A DNA stretch of 64,000 nt from an uncultured delta proteobacterium (GTDB lineage: Bacteria > Desulfobacterota > WTBG01), in the NCBI GenBank assembly GCA_963793865.1, contig CAWCBP010000001.1, positions 864,001 to 928,000 of the forward strand, given 5' to 3'. Position numbers and translations under genes: made by a program. Each line of letters opens with the position of its first letter. Within the stretch, counting starts at the first letter, position 1. Shown piece after piece: positions 39,325 to 50,036 of the stretch. Below the pieces are notes generated by a model that saw only the letters and a list, made by a program, of their open reading frames with translations, did not search any database and was not told where the DNA came from.

Positions 39325-40672
39325 TTATAAGTTTGTCGCGTATTCAATGTATTTATTCACATTGAATTTTGATTTGCATCCATTGTAGCTCATATATCGT
39401 ATCTTGCCGAAAACCGGTCTCTCGTTCCACGCCCTGTCATGAATGCCGCCGAGAGACCAGGCGATGCCGGCATAGCCGTTGGGATCCCGCCCGTCAAGCT
39501 CGTAGCGATCATTGAGATAGATCGCGCACGTGAGTGCCTCCTCGGGGGATTGCGTCCACTCCAGGATTTTTTTGCCCCAGTACATTCTCATGTAGCCGTG
39601 CATCTTTCCCCGCCTGACCATTTCCATCTGAGCGGCATTCCAGAGCCGGTCATGGGTTAAGCCTTTTTCCAATTCCTCCTGCGAATAGATGAATTCCCGC
39701 CGGTCCTTTCGATGCTCATGCAGTGTTTTCTTTGCCCAATCGGGAAAGGCATCAAATTGATCATAAGCGGGGTTGTAGTTGCAGAAATTATCTGCCAGCT
39801 CCTTGCGGACAGTCAACTCTTCAAGGAAAGCTTCCTTGACGGCTGCAGGTGCGCTTGAAGCGCTGACCGCCAGTGCCAACCGCTGCGCGGAAAGCTGGCC
39901 AAAGTGAAGATGGGGGGATAAATTGGACTGGCCGGGCAGGGTAGGGTCATTTCTTTCGTCCACATAATTCTTAAGCCCCCGGGCAAGAAAGCGGGCAAGC
40001 GCCTTGCGGGCTGACAATTCGCCCGGTAGAATCCAGCTGACCTCTTTAACAGACCGGTCAATGCCTATGGCAGATGAGAGGCGATCCCACAAAATTTTTG
40101 CAACGGGCTTCTTCCAGTCAAACCGGTGGGATTTAAGTTTAGGGAATTCTCCCAGATACAAGGGAAGCAGCTTCTTTATTTTCGGCCTGAGCGTGTAGGC
40201 TCCGTATTCCTGCTTTGGGGAGGCTATCCAGCAGGGCACTATATTGTGACCGTCCACCTCGCAGAAAGGAATGTCAATTTTGGCTGCCACCTCCATGTTT
40301 CCATTTTATCTTTACGCGCAGCGGGTCAAAATCGGTCACTAAGGAGCTGATGTTATAGTTCCGGAGAAAGTGAACAATTTCATGTTCCGGGGCTCCGTTC
40401 AAGAGGTAGAAAGGAATATTTTTTGTTCGCAGATCTTTTTCAACTTCCTGCAAACCTTTGAGCATAAATCCGTAGTGCCTGATGGTGGCTCCCAGAAAGT
40501 CAGGAACCAGGCAAAACACAACTGCCAGGGGCTGCTGCCGGCGCATGGCCAGGTGCTGGGCATAGAGCAATGCCCAGTTGTCCCTGACGCGCTGGTCCCG
40601 GCTCATCCAGTAGACCACCGGTCCCTGCGGCTCACTGCCCCCTCCAATCAATCGCACCCTGGTATTGTTCAT
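39325..40672 (-). pseudogene. phr: Class II CPD DNA photolyase with one frameshift
   Basis: VYWMSRDQRVRDNWAL, VDGHNIVP, SNLSPHLHFGQ, GKMHGYMRMYW, LDGRDPNGY. One extra base near 40297 separates the two ORFs. Confidence 0.9.
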
Positions 40673-40690
40673 ACGGCATTGATCTCAATG

Positions 40691-41644
40691 CTACACATGA
40701 TTCCTGATCTGCAACTCAAGAGGATGCGGATTTAAATATACCTGTCCCTTGAGGTAGGGCTGGTCATACTTGCGAACGTAGTGGTTGATGAGGGTAACGG
40801 GAACAATGAGCGGGAGGTACTCTTGAGCGTATCCCTCTATGACCTCCAGCAGTTCTTTTTTTTCATCAGCCGTTATATCCTTTTTGAAATATCCCATCAT
40901 ATGCTGCAGGACATTGACGTGTTTTTTCCGCGTGGCCCTGATCGTGAGCGCATCCAGAAACAGCCTCTCGTACTGTGAATAGAGGTCTCTGAGGGGAATG
41001 TCCTTGGCGTGGGCTACCAGGTTCCCCATTTCCTTGTAGTGCCTGGTGCCATGGGATAATATTAAAAGCTTGTGGGCGGTGTGGAAATGGACGATATGCG
41101 CGCGTTTCATTCCCTGCTCGAGCAGTTCTCTCCAGCGCTTTAAAGCAAAGATGCGCTCTATAAAATTGTCTCGCAGGTGCATGTCGCACAGCCGGCCGTC
41201 CTCTTCAACCGGCAGCAGCGGAAAATGTTCCATGAACGCGCGCGCGAACATGCCCACGCCCTTTCTTACCGGCATTCCCTTCTCATCGACATACACCTTG
41301 ACCCGCTCCATGCCGCTGCTGGGAGAATTCTTCTTGAAAATAAAGCCGCACAGATTTTCGAGCTCCAGTTCCTCAACCCGCTTTTGAGCCCAGGAAAGCA
41401 TTTGTTGGGTATGATCTATCCCGGTGCGCGTGGTTACCATGCTGGGTCTTTCGGGGTCTCCCACCAGGCGAACCGGCTCACGCGGGATGCCGAGCCCGCA
41501 TTCCACTTCAGGGCAGACGGGCACATAGCTGACAAAATGTCCCAGGGTGTCAATCAGAAAGCTGTCTTTGCTGCCGCTTCCGTCATAGCGGACCTGGTTG
41601 CCAAGCAGGCAGGAGCTGATTCCCAGTTTTATCTTGGTATCCAT
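40691..41644 (-). CDS. DUF523 (2-thiouracil desulfurase-like) + DUF1722 (YbgA) protein
   Basis: GISSCLLG-x2-VRYDG, VCPEVECGLG, SPSSG, NVLQHMMGYFK; directly upstream of the photolyase. Confidence 0.92.
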   Translation of the reverse strand: MDTKIKLGISSCLLGNQVRYDGSGSKDSFLIDTLGHFVSYVPVCPEVECGLGIPREPVRLVGDPERPSMVTTRTGIDHTQQMLSWAQKRVEELELENLCGFIFKKNSPSSGMERVKVYVDEKGMPVRKGVGMFARAFMEHFPLLPVEEDGRLCDMHLRDNFIERIFALKRWRELLEQGMKRAHIVHFHTAHKLLILSHGTRHYKEMGNLVAHAKDIPLRDLYSQYERLFLDALTIRATRKKHVNVLQHMMGYFKKDITADEKKELLEVIEGYAQEYLPLIVPVTLINHYVRKYDQPYLKGQVYLNPHPLELQIRNHV

Positions 41645-41762
41645 AGGAGATAACCTCGTTTGGAAAATTGTTAAAGGTGATACATTCGCGGCTGTATGCC
41701 GTTCCTACCGAGGGTGTCTGCGTATCTGAAACAAAGAGACCCAGACTAACCCGCTGAGCCAT

Positions 41763-42779
41763 CTACGGGTTCAGATAAATGGTTGTGCCGCTTTTAGCCG
41801 CACGGGCGAGGGCATCCAGAACCTGCATGTTGGCTGCGCTTTCCGTGGGAGGATAGGCGAGCGGTTGCCTGCCCATGACCGCATCGGAAAAGTGTTCAAC
41901 CATGAGTTGATACGCATCAGCCGACGCACAATGATGCTGTTTGCCGGTTTCCTCCCGTTTGCCCCTCATGGTGAAACACGCCTCGTTTTCCCGGGGTATG
42001 AAGGCGTCATGCGGAAGTTCGATCACACCATCACTCCCGACAATGGTATAGGTCTGCTGCAGGGCGGTTACAAAGCTTGCCTCAAAGGTAGCAAGCACAT
42101 CACCCGGGAATCGAAGCGAACCGACGGTATGTATATCAACACCGGTTTGATGATACACCGACTGTGCCTGCACTGCAATGGGATTCACATCCAGAAGCCA
42201 GCGTGCGAGGCTTACGCCGTAACAGCCCACATCAAGCAGGGCACCGCCGCCCATTTCCGGGTTTAATCGGAAGATGTCCCGGCGGCTGAAAAGGTGCTCT
42301 TCCAGGTGGAAGCAGAATGATGTGCGAAACAGCGACGGCCTGCCAATGGCCCCGTCCGTGATCATCTTCTTAATCAGGAGTGTGCGGGGATGAAACCGGT
42401 ATGACCAGGATTCCATGAGCAGCAATCCCTTGCGATCGGCTGCCTCAGCCATTTCGGCGGCCTCACCTGCACAGCAGGCCAGGGGCTTTTCGCAAAGGAC
42501 GTGCTTTCCCTCCCGCAGGGCCTTGAGGGTAAACGTGTGATGGAGGTGATTGGGCAGGGGATTATAGATTGCGTCAATGTCCGGGTCGTGCAGCAGTTCA
42601 TCATAGCTGCCGTACAACCGGGCAATTTCATGTGTCTTGCAGAGCTCCGCGGCCGAGGCGGGCGAGCGGGTTGCCAGAGCGCGCAGGACGCCGTTTCGAG
42701 ACTTCTGCAATGCCGGTATGATACAGCAGCGGGCAATGGTCGCGTTTCCCAGAATGCCCCAGGCGATCTGATCAGTCAT
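41763..42779 (-). CDS. Gfo/Idh/MocA-family oxidoreductase
   Basis: WGILGNATIA, NPLPN-x-LH, HVLCEKP, GGGALLDVGCY. Confidence 0.92.
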   Translation of the reverse strand: MTDQIAWGILGNATIARCCIIPALQKSRNGVLRALATRSPASAAELCKTHEIARLYGSYDELLHDPDIDAIYNPLPNHLHHTFTLKALREGKHVLCEKPLACCAGEAAEMAEAADRKGLLLMESWSYRFHPRTLLIKKMITDGAIGRPSLFRTSFCFHLEEHLFSRRDIFRLNPEMGGGALLDVGCYGVSLARWLLDVNPIAVQAQSVYHQTGVDIHTVGSLRFPGDVLATFEASFVTALQQTYTIVGSDGVIELPHDAFIPRENEACFTMRGKREETGKQHHCASADAYQLMVEHFSDAVMGRQPLAYPPTESAANMQVLDALARAAKSGTTIYLNP

Positions 42780-44435
42780 CGGCTATCTCCACCGGGCAGC
42801 CTTTCAGGGCGGACTGTTTCGCCGCTTCAAGGATGGCAACCACCTTTATCGAATCGACAAGCGGGGCAGCCAGCGGCTCTCCTGTCAGGAGATGATCAGC
42901 CAGATTGCGGTGAAAAAGAAAATTTTCGCGCCGGGGCATGGCCAGGGTCTGATGGACAATGTCCCCGGAATGATGGCGCCGGTATGCAACAAGATCCGGC
43001 GTCATTTCCGTGGCAGGTATCGTCTGCTCCCGGAAGTAGAGCACGGGATCTATTGCGTACTGTGTCACGTCCTGCCAGCTGCTGACGATAGCCCCCCCGG
43101 TGCCCAGAAGGTACCACTTTGGCTTTCGCACCGCAGCGATATCGGAATGGATGAATTCGGCCTCCTTGCCGTCGGCAAAGATTACATGAACGCGCTCCTG
43201 ATCGGAATTGGTTACATCATGCCAGACCCGCTTATGCGCTGTGCCGGTAACTGATTTTACCCGTTCCGGAATGAGACCCACGATCCAGTCCAGGTAATGG
43301 CCGCCCCAGTCGTAGGCAGCGCCTCCTGAAACAGGCTCATGAGAATGCCAGTAACCGCAGGGATGTGAAAATCCGCCCACGAAGGTCTCCATGTAAAACA
43401 AATCCCCGATGATTCCCTCGGATACGGCCCCCTTGATGGCGCGGTAATCCACATCAAAGCGCCGGTTTTGATGGCAGCTGAGATGCACCCCTTTGTTCAG
43501 CGACATTTGGAGCATGGCGTCTGTTTCTTTCCGGCTCAGGGCAAGCGGTTTCTCGCAGACCACATGCCTGCCCGCGGACATCATTTGCAATGCCAAAGCG
43601 GCATGCGTATTGGGAGCGGTGGCCACGATCACCATATCCACGCCGGATCCCGCAGCAGATCATCTGCAGAGGCATACGTCTTCAGGTCCGGAAAATCGAT
43701 CTGTGCCTGCCGAAGACGGTCCGCATTGAGGTCACAGGCGGCAGAAAGGTGCAACCCATCTGTATGGCTGATGCCCAGGCCGTGCAGCTGACCGACAGAC
43801 TGGGGATACCCAAGGATGCCGACGCCGATGGATTTGCCGGTAAAAGCGTCATTTCCGGCACCGCCGGATAAAAACATCAGCAGGCGGTATAGAATCTGGC
43901 GGAAGCAGGGATGGTCATAGGCCCGCAGGGAGGTGCATGAGACCATGCCCTTATCTGCCTGTCCGGCAATGAGCACAGGCGCGCGCCGGTAATGCCAATC
44001 TGCATGCATGAGCACCCGGGTGCTGTCAGTTTCAGGAAGCAGGGACTGGTACGGGCCGGTACAATAGAATGAATCCGGCATGCGCCGCGCCAGGGGATGT
44101 CCGGCATCCGAAAAAACAATCCGCAGCTCGGCGGCAGCTTCGACATCGGTTAAACGTGCCCCGAAAATAGGGGGTAGCGACCGTTCATTCCTTTGGGCAA
44201 GGTAGAGCCAGCCGCCGCCGTGCCGGACAAACTCTGACAGGGTTGATGCTGCCGCCGCATCGCTGCCCGCCCGATCGGTTACAATCACATGATAGGCGCT
44301 CAGATCCGGCGGAAGGGAGCGGTTAACTGCCATGCTTACATGCGGCATGGAGCGAAGGAAGTCGAAGAAGTGATCGAATTCGGGCCTTGTCTCACTGAGT
44401 GCGAAGAAGACTGAGAGGGCAGGGTGTTTCAGCAT
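42772..44435 (-). pseudogene. ThuA/GATase-like + Gfo/Idh/MocA fusion oxidoreductase with one frameshift
   Basis: The Rossmann fold starts in ORF 43629-44435 (GILGY, ACD) and continues in 42772-43641 (ATAPN-x-H, VCEKP, HQNRR-x-D, DWGGH). Shift near 43645. Confidence 0.75.
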
Positions 44436-44479
44436 GGAATCTTTCTCTGAAAAAATAGTGGTGTAATTCAGTGATTTAT

Positions 44480-44509
44480 AGTATAGAAAAAAGGGCTGAT
44501 GAGTGTCAA
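44480..44509 (-). promoter_or_regulatory. sigma70-type promoter for the Gfo-DUF523-phr unit
   Basis: TTGACA-18 nt-TATACT on the minus strand. Confidence 0.6.
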
Positions 44510-44534
44510 ATGAAATCTCTTTGTGGATGAGCGC

Positions 44535-45980
44535 ATGACAAAAAAAATTGCTATTGTCGGAGCGGGAGTGGGGGGACTGGCAACGGCTGCACGGCTGTCA
44601 TCCCTCGGCCATCAGGTTGAGGTGTACGAAAAACTTTCGGAATGCGGGGGCAGGGCGCATATCATCGAAGACCGCGGGTTCAAATTTGATACCGGTCCTT
44701 CCTTTGTGCTCATGCCGGATTTTTTCGAAGAGCTGTTCTCCTCATGCGGCAAAAAAATAAGCGATTATCTTGATCTGCAGGCGCTGGAATCAAGCTATAA
44801 AATCTTCTACGGTGACGGGACCACGCTATCCGTATATCGTGACAGCGAGCGCACCAAGGCTGAGCTTGAACGGATAGAGGAGGGGAGTGCCAGGGCGTAC
44901 GAAGCCTTTCTCAAAGATACCGCACAGGTTTACCATGACGTCAAACCGCTGCTGTATAAGTGCTTTACCAAAAAGAGCATTATTAATCCGAATTACTGGA
45001 GGTTGCTGCTTACCCTGAAGCCGTGGGAATCGTACTGGCAGAAGTCAAATAATTTCTTCAAAACAGACAAGCTCAATTACGCTTTTACCTTCGAGGCAAT
45101 GTTTATAGGGGTTTCTCCGTTTGAGGCCCCGGGATTTTACAGCATTATTACCTATGCCGATCACGTTCAGAAAATTTATCACCCCATGGGCGGAATGTAC
45201 CAGATTCCCCTTGCCATGGAAAAATTGGCCGGGGAGTACGGGACCGTATTTCAGTACGGCACGTCCGTGCAGTCGATAACACCCCGAAACGGCACCATTA
45301 CTCTTGCAACAACCCGGGGAACGGCATCAGCAGATGCGGCGGTCGTAAACGCGGATTATGCCTATGCGCAAGCTGATCTTCTTAAAAGGCGCGTGCCTCA
45401 ATTCAGCTATTCCTGCTCCGTGTATCTCATCTATCTCGGGTTGAAACAGAAACTAAAGGACCTTGAGCATCACAATCTTTTTCTGTCCCATGACGTGCGG
45501 AAAAACCTGAAACAGATATTCACCCACAAGCAGGTACCGGACGATCCTGCGTTCTACATTCACATTCCGACCCTCACTGATCAATCCCTTGCGCCTGCGG
45601 GCAAGGAGATCGTGTACATACTGGTTCCCGTGCCCAACCTGCAAAACAACAACCGGTCTTTTGCCGATGAGGAGGACCGGATCAGGAACGCTGTTTTTAC
45701 GCGTGTCCGCAGGGAGACGGGAGTGGATTTGCTGCCCCTGGCCGAAGTGGAGCATAGATTTTATCCCCGGGATTTTATAACCCGTTACAATGTCCCCTAC
45801 GGAGCAACCTTCGGGCTCAGTCATTCACTTTTCCAAAGCGCGTTTTTCAGGCCTTCCAACCGTGACGCCGGGATAAAGAACCTCTATTATGTCGGTGCCA
45901 GCACGCAACCGGGCGGAGGACTGCCTCCGGTCATTGCCAGTTCACGAATCGTTTCGGATTTGATTGCTCAAACAACCTAG
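44535..45980 (+). CDS. crtI: Phytoene desaturase-family protein
   Basis: IVGAGVGGL, GFKFDTGPS, GGM, FFRP-x-N, LYYVGASTQPGGGLP. Confidence 0.88.
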   Translation: MTKKIAIVGAGVGGLATAARLSSLGHQVEVYEKLSECGGRAHIIEDRGFKFDTGPSFVLMPDFFEELFSSCGKKISDYLDLQALESSYKIFYGDGTTLSVYRDSERTKAELERIEEGSARAYEAFLKDTAQVYHDVKPLLYKCFTKKSIINPNYWRLLLTLKPWESYWQKSNNFFKTDKLNYAFTFEAMFIGVSPFEAPGFYSIITYADHVQKIYHPMGGMYQIPLAMEKLAGEYGTVFQYGTSVQSITPRNGTITLATTRGTASADAAVVNADYAYAQADLLKRRVPQFSYSCSVYLIYLGLKQKLKDLEHHNLFLSHDVRKNLKQIFTHKQVPDDPAFYIHIPTLTDQSLAPAGKEIVYILVPVPNLQNNNRSFADEEDRIRNAVFTRVRRETGVDLLPLAEVEHRFYPRDFITRYNVPYGATFGLSHSLFQSAFFRPSNRDAGIKNLYYVGASTQPGGGLPPVIASSRIVSDLIAQTT

Positions 45981-46002
45981 AATTGCAGGTCCTGGTGCCG
46001 CC

Positions 46003-46308
46003 ATGTCCAGCTATATGCTTGTGCTGGTTATTTCCGGAATCGTTCCACTGCTGGCCAGTTTTTATCCTCCCCTTCAGTTCTATAAACATGGCAGGGCTCT
46101 GCTGGCAAGCATCGCCATCATTCTTGTTGCATTCGGCCTGTGGGACATATATGCAACCTGGCGCGGGCACTGGCGGTTTGATTCCGCCTCTGTCTGGAAG
46201 TGGCGGGTTGTCAACCTGCCGGTTGAAGAAGTGCTCTTTTTTATCGTCATCCCCTTTTGCTCCATTTTTACCTGGGAGATTGTTAATTACTTCAAGAGAA
46301 CGCGGTGA
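46003..46308 (+). CDS. Lycopene cyclase subunit (CrtYc/Yd type)
   Basis: Small membrane protein with WD-x-YA...W-x-F and LPVEEVLFF. Confidence 0.85.
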   Translation: MSSYMLVLVISGIVPLLASFYPPLQFYKHGRALLASIAIILVAFGLWDIYATWRGHWRFDSASVWKWRVVNLPVEEVLFFIVIPFCSIFTWEIVNYFKRTR

Positions 46309-46616
46309 TGAAAGAGTATACGCTGATTTCAGTCGTTGCGGTTGTGCTGACGGTGCTCATTGCCCGAAAAAGCGCATCCCGGCTATTTGAACGGCGGGAA
46401 TTTTTTATTTTCCTGCTTATCATACTGTTCTTCAAGTTTTTGGTGAACGGATACCTCACCTCACAACTGATTGTTATTTACAATCCGCGCTTTTTTCTGA
46501 ATGTCCGGATCGGCAGCATACCGGTTGAGGATTTCCTGTTCGGATTCAGCATGGTCACCATGACCATTGTTCTGTGGGAGCACTTCAAGCGTACCGCTTC
46601 ATCCCGCACGGGGTGA
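46308..46616 (+). CDS. Lycopene cyclase second subunit
   Basis: NGYLT...YN...GSIPVEDFLFGF. Confidence 0.85.
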   Translation: MKEYTLISVVAVVLTVLIARKSASRLFERREFFIFLLIILFFKFLVNGYLTSQLIVIYNPRFFLNVRIGSIPVEDFLFGFSMVTMTIVLWEHFKRTASSRTG

Positions 46617-46678
46617 CAGTAGTGCACTTCCGCTGCCGACAGGATGGATGAAAGCAGTAGTGACTGTATGGGATGCAC

Positions 46679-47569
46679 ATGGATGTGAATGCATATCTTG
46701 AAGAGAAGGGACGGTTAGTTGACGCCTGCCTGGATCGCTTGCTTCCTGACCGGGAAACCTTTCCCTCGTCTCTCCACCAGGCAATGCGATACTGCCTTTT
46801 TGCCGGCGGTAAGCGGATCAGGCCGGTCCTGGCATTTGCTGCTGCCGAGGCAGTTGGCGGAAACCCCGACGCGATAGTGGAAGAGGCGTGCGCGCTGGAA
46901 CTGATTCACACCTTTACGCTTATTCACGATGATCTCCCCTCCATGGATAATGATGACTTCAGGCGGGGGCTTCCCTCGACGCACAGGGTTTTCGGTGAAG
47001 CCATGGCAATTTTGGCGGGTGACGCCCTGCAAACCGAAGCATTTAAAATCCTCGCCTGTGGTTACACCCGGGGCGCGCATAAGGCCGAACACATGGTTGC
47101 CATAATAAAAATTCTGGCAGAGGCGTCAGGTTCCAGAGGCATTGTCGGCGGCCAGGTGGTTGATCTGGATTCAGAAGGCAAGACGATTGCCCCCGACCAG
47201 CTGGAATACATTCACAGCCATAAAACCGGCAGCCTGATTGCGGCCTCGGTGATCATGGGAGGGATACTCGGCGGGGCAACGCCGGAGCAAATCAGTCATC
47301 TGAGACGCTACGGTGAATGCATCGGGCTCGCCTTTCAGATCGTGGATGATATTCTGGATGTCGAAGGATCACAGGAAAAGCTGGGGAAAAGCACCGGCAG
47401 CGACCAGAAGAAAAAAAAGGCAACCTACCCGAGCATCATCGGCATGGATGGGGCCAGGAAGAAGGGGATGGAGTGCTATCAGCGCGCGCTTGATGCCCTG
47501 CAATCATTTGACGACCGGGCTGATCATCTCAGGGAAATCGCTCTCTACATAACCCAGCGCCAAAAATAG
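46679..47569 (+). CDS. Polyprenyl (farnesyl/geranylgeranyl) diphosphate synthase
   Basis: GGKRIRP, LIHDDLP-x-MDNDD-x-RRG, GLAFQIVDDILD, K-x-TYP. Confidence 0.93.
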   Translation: MDVNAYLEEKGRLVDACLDRLLPDRETFPSSLHQAMRYCLFAGGKRIRPVLAFAAAEAVGGNPDAIVEEACALELIHTFTLIHDDLPSMDNDDFRRGLPSTHRVFGEAMAILAGDALQTEAFKILACGYTRGAHKAEHMVAIIKILAEASGSRGIVGGQVVDLDSEGKTIAPDQLEYIHSHKTGSLIAASVIMGGILGGATPEQISHLRRYGECIGLAFQIVDDILDVEGSQEKLGKSTGSDQKKKKATYPSIIGMDGARKKGMECYQRALDALQSFDDRADHLREIALYITQRQK

Positions 47570-47670
47570 CCTGATGGGTATCTCCGTTCTGCCGGTTCAG
47601 CATGATTTTGTTGTGGCGTTACAAGCCCCCTCCCCATGAGCCACATTTAAATAAAGGAATCAATGACGCA

Positions 47671-48597
47671 CTAGTCTAGGGTCGTCCTCTCACCAAGCAA
47701 ATCGGATATGCATCCCTCAAGGGTGGGATACCGGAATTGAAATCCTCCGGCGAGAAGCTTCTGGGGCATTACCCTTTGGCCCTTAAGAAAAACATCTGCA
47801 AATTCCCCCAGAAAGGCCCGCATCAAAAACCCGGGTATGATTGGAAACAGCGTTCTTCTTCGCAATCTCCGCCTGAGAAGGTGCGTCAATTCCCGGTTGG
47901 TAACGGGGTTAGGAGCGGTAAGATTGACCGCTCCCTCAATAGTGCTCTTTTCGAGAAGAAATAAGATGGCCCTGGCACAATCCAGGGCATGGATCCAGGA
48001 AAACCACTGCCGGCCGTCTCCCCATCTGCCGCCGAGGCCGTAACGGAAGAAAGGCAGCATGTTTTTAAAAGCGCCACCATTTTTACCCAGGACAATTCCA
48101 AACCGGCAGAGAACCACTCGCACGCCACCTTCCCGCGCCTTTAATGCCTCCCCTTCCCAATCGACGGCAACCCGTGCAAGAAAGCTGCTGCCCGGCCTGC
48201 TCTCTTCAGTGAGCAGTTCGTTCACCGGGTATCCGTAGTAACCTACTCCCGAGGCGCAGATAAAATGCCTGTCATTCCCGGGACAGGATTTGAATGCATC
48301 AACGATATTTCTGGTTATATGAATCCTGCTGGTATAGATTTCATCTTTCACCGCCTTATTCCATCGGCGGAATATGGTGCTCCCGGCAAGGTTAATGATA
48401 ACCTGGTGTTCTTCAATCAGCCCGCGCCATACGAGAGGATTAAAGGCCTCACCTTCAACAACTGCAACGGAACTGCTGATGGCATTATGTTTTCTCTTCG
48501 CCGGAACAAGCATGCTGACCTGATGCCCGGCTTTAAGCAAGCAGGGGAGGAGCATGTTTCCGATGAATCCGGTTCCCCCGGCAACAAGTATTTTCAT
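47671..48597 (-). CDS. TIGR01777-family NAD-dependent epimerase (YfcH-like)
   Basis: AGGTGFIG, INLAG, ASGVGYYG, R-x-GIVLG, G-x-QWFSWIH, GQRVMP. Confidence 0.9.
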   Translation of the reverse strand: MKILVAGGTGFIGNMLLPCLLKAGHQVSMLVPAKRKHNAISSSVAVVEGEAFNPLVWRGLIEEHQVIINLAGSTIFRRWNKAVKDEIYTSRIHITRNIVDAFKSCPGNDRHFICASGVGYYGYPVNELLTEESRPGSSFLARVAVDWEGEALKAREGGVRVVLCRFGIVLGKNGGAFKNMLPFFRYGLGGRWGDGRQWFSWIHALDCARAILFLLEKSTIEGAVNLTAPNPVTNRELTHLLRRRLRRRTLFPIIPGFLMRAFLGEFADVFLKGQRVMPQKLLAGGFQFRYPTLEGCISDLLGERTTLD

Positions 48598-48741
48598 ACA
48601 TTTTCCCTATCAATGAGGACTTACCCGATCTTACCACATACCGTTCCCGATGTTCAAATATCTTTCGACCGGCCTTGACAACCGGCAGGTAATATTTTAC
48701 TTGTTTACAGGTTGTCAATTCTTATGAAAGGAGGAAGCAGG

Positions 48742-49884
48742 GTGAAAGCACACCGGACACTTATTATATTGTTTACCATTCTTGTATGCTGCGGACATGG
48801 CTTTGCGTCCGAGCAGGGGCAGGCGAAGGCTGTTTCCAATGATTCAGCCGTTAAACCGCCGGACACACCCAAACAGGATCGTCTGGAAAAGGCCGTCTTT
48901 GCGGGCGGCTGCTTCTGGTGCGTGGAATCGGCCTTTGAAGAAATTCCCGGGGTGAAAGAAGTTGTTTCAGGTTACACCGGCGGTTTTAAGGAGAACCCGA
49001 CGTATGATGAGGTTTCTTCAGGTACGACCGGGCACCGTGAAGCCATTCAGATTATCTTTGATCCGGCAACAGTAAGTTACTCCGAACTGCTTGAGGTTTT
49101 CTGGAGGGAAATTGATCCCACGGACCCGGGAGGCCAGTTTGTCGATCGGGGACAGCAATACACATCCGCCATATTTTATCTCAGTGATGAGCAGAAAACA
49201 CTGGCTGAACAATCAAAGGCGGCGCTTGGCGCCTCCGGAAGATATGACAAGTCGCTGGTAACGGATATAATCAAGGCAGGAGCCTTCTACCGTGCCGAGG
49301 AATACCATCAGGACTACCATGAAAAGAGCTCGCAGCACTATAAACAGTACCGCTCCAATTCCGGACGGGACGATTACCTTACAAAAACATGGGGTGACGA
49401 GATGAAAAAAGCCAGGACAAGCGGTACGTCCGGTACCTATCAGAAGCCAGGCGATGCAGCAATCAAGGAAAAATTAACACCGCTCCAGTACCAGGTCACG
49501 CAGCAGAGCGGCACTGAGCCCGCATTTGACAACGAGTACTGGGACAATAAAAAGGAAGGGATCTATGTGGACATTGTCTCCGGAGAGCCGCTGTTCAGCT
49601 CACGCGACAAGTTTGACTCGGGGACCGGATGGCCGAGCTTTACCAGGCCCCTTGAGCCGGGAAATGTCACTGAGCATGAAGACGGCAGCTTGTTCATGAA
49701 GCGCACGGAAGTAAGAAGCGTGCGCGGCGACTCCCATCTCGGGCATGTTTTTCCGGACGGGCCCGCGCCCACGGGGCTTCGCTACTGCATGAACTCAGCG
49801 GCGCTGCGCTTTATCCCAAAGGAGAATCTGGAAAAAGAGGGATACGGGGAGTATCTGAAATTATTTGAACCAAAGTCACAGTAA
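48742..49884 (+). CDS. msrAB: Exported bifunctional peptide-methionine sulfoxide reductase MsrA/MsrB
   Basis: Signal peptide, [16 protein letters not shown] (MsrA); [23 protein letters not shown] (MsrB). Confidence 0.95.
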   Translation: MKAHRTLIILFTILVCCGHGFASEQGQAKAVSNDSAVKPPDTPKQDRLEKAVFAGGCFWCVESAFEEIPGVKEVVSGYTGGFKENPTYDEVSSGTTGHREAIQIIFDPATVSYSELLEVFWREIDPTDPGGQFVDRGQQYTSAIFYLSDEQKTLAEQSKAALGASGRYDKSLVTDIIKAGAFYRAEEYHQDYHEKSSQHYKQYRSNSGRDDYLTKTWGDEMKKARTSGTSGTYQKPGDAAIKEKLTPLQYQVTQQSGTEPAFDNEYWDNKKEGIYVDIVSGEPLFSSRDKFDSGTGWPSFTRPLEPGNVTEHEDGSLFMKRTEVRSVRGDSHLGHVFPDGPAPTGLRYCMNSAALRFIPKENLEKEGYGEYLKLFEPKSQ

Positions 49885-49937
49885 ACGACCCGGCAGCTCT
49901 GCTGCAGGGCATCATATTTTTGGGTCATGTGGCATGC

Positions 49938-49961
49938 AGGGGCGTATTGCACTACGCCCCT
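49938..49961. repeat. REP-like hairpin/terminator between convergent genes
   Basis: AGGGGCGTA-TTGCAC-TACGCCCCT followed by TTT. Confidence 0.5.
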
Positions 49962-50036
49962 TTTAATGCCGGCAATGCATCACATGGGAAGGAATCATGA
50001 TTCTTGCTAAGGGGGCGTCATGCAACCGGCAGCCCT

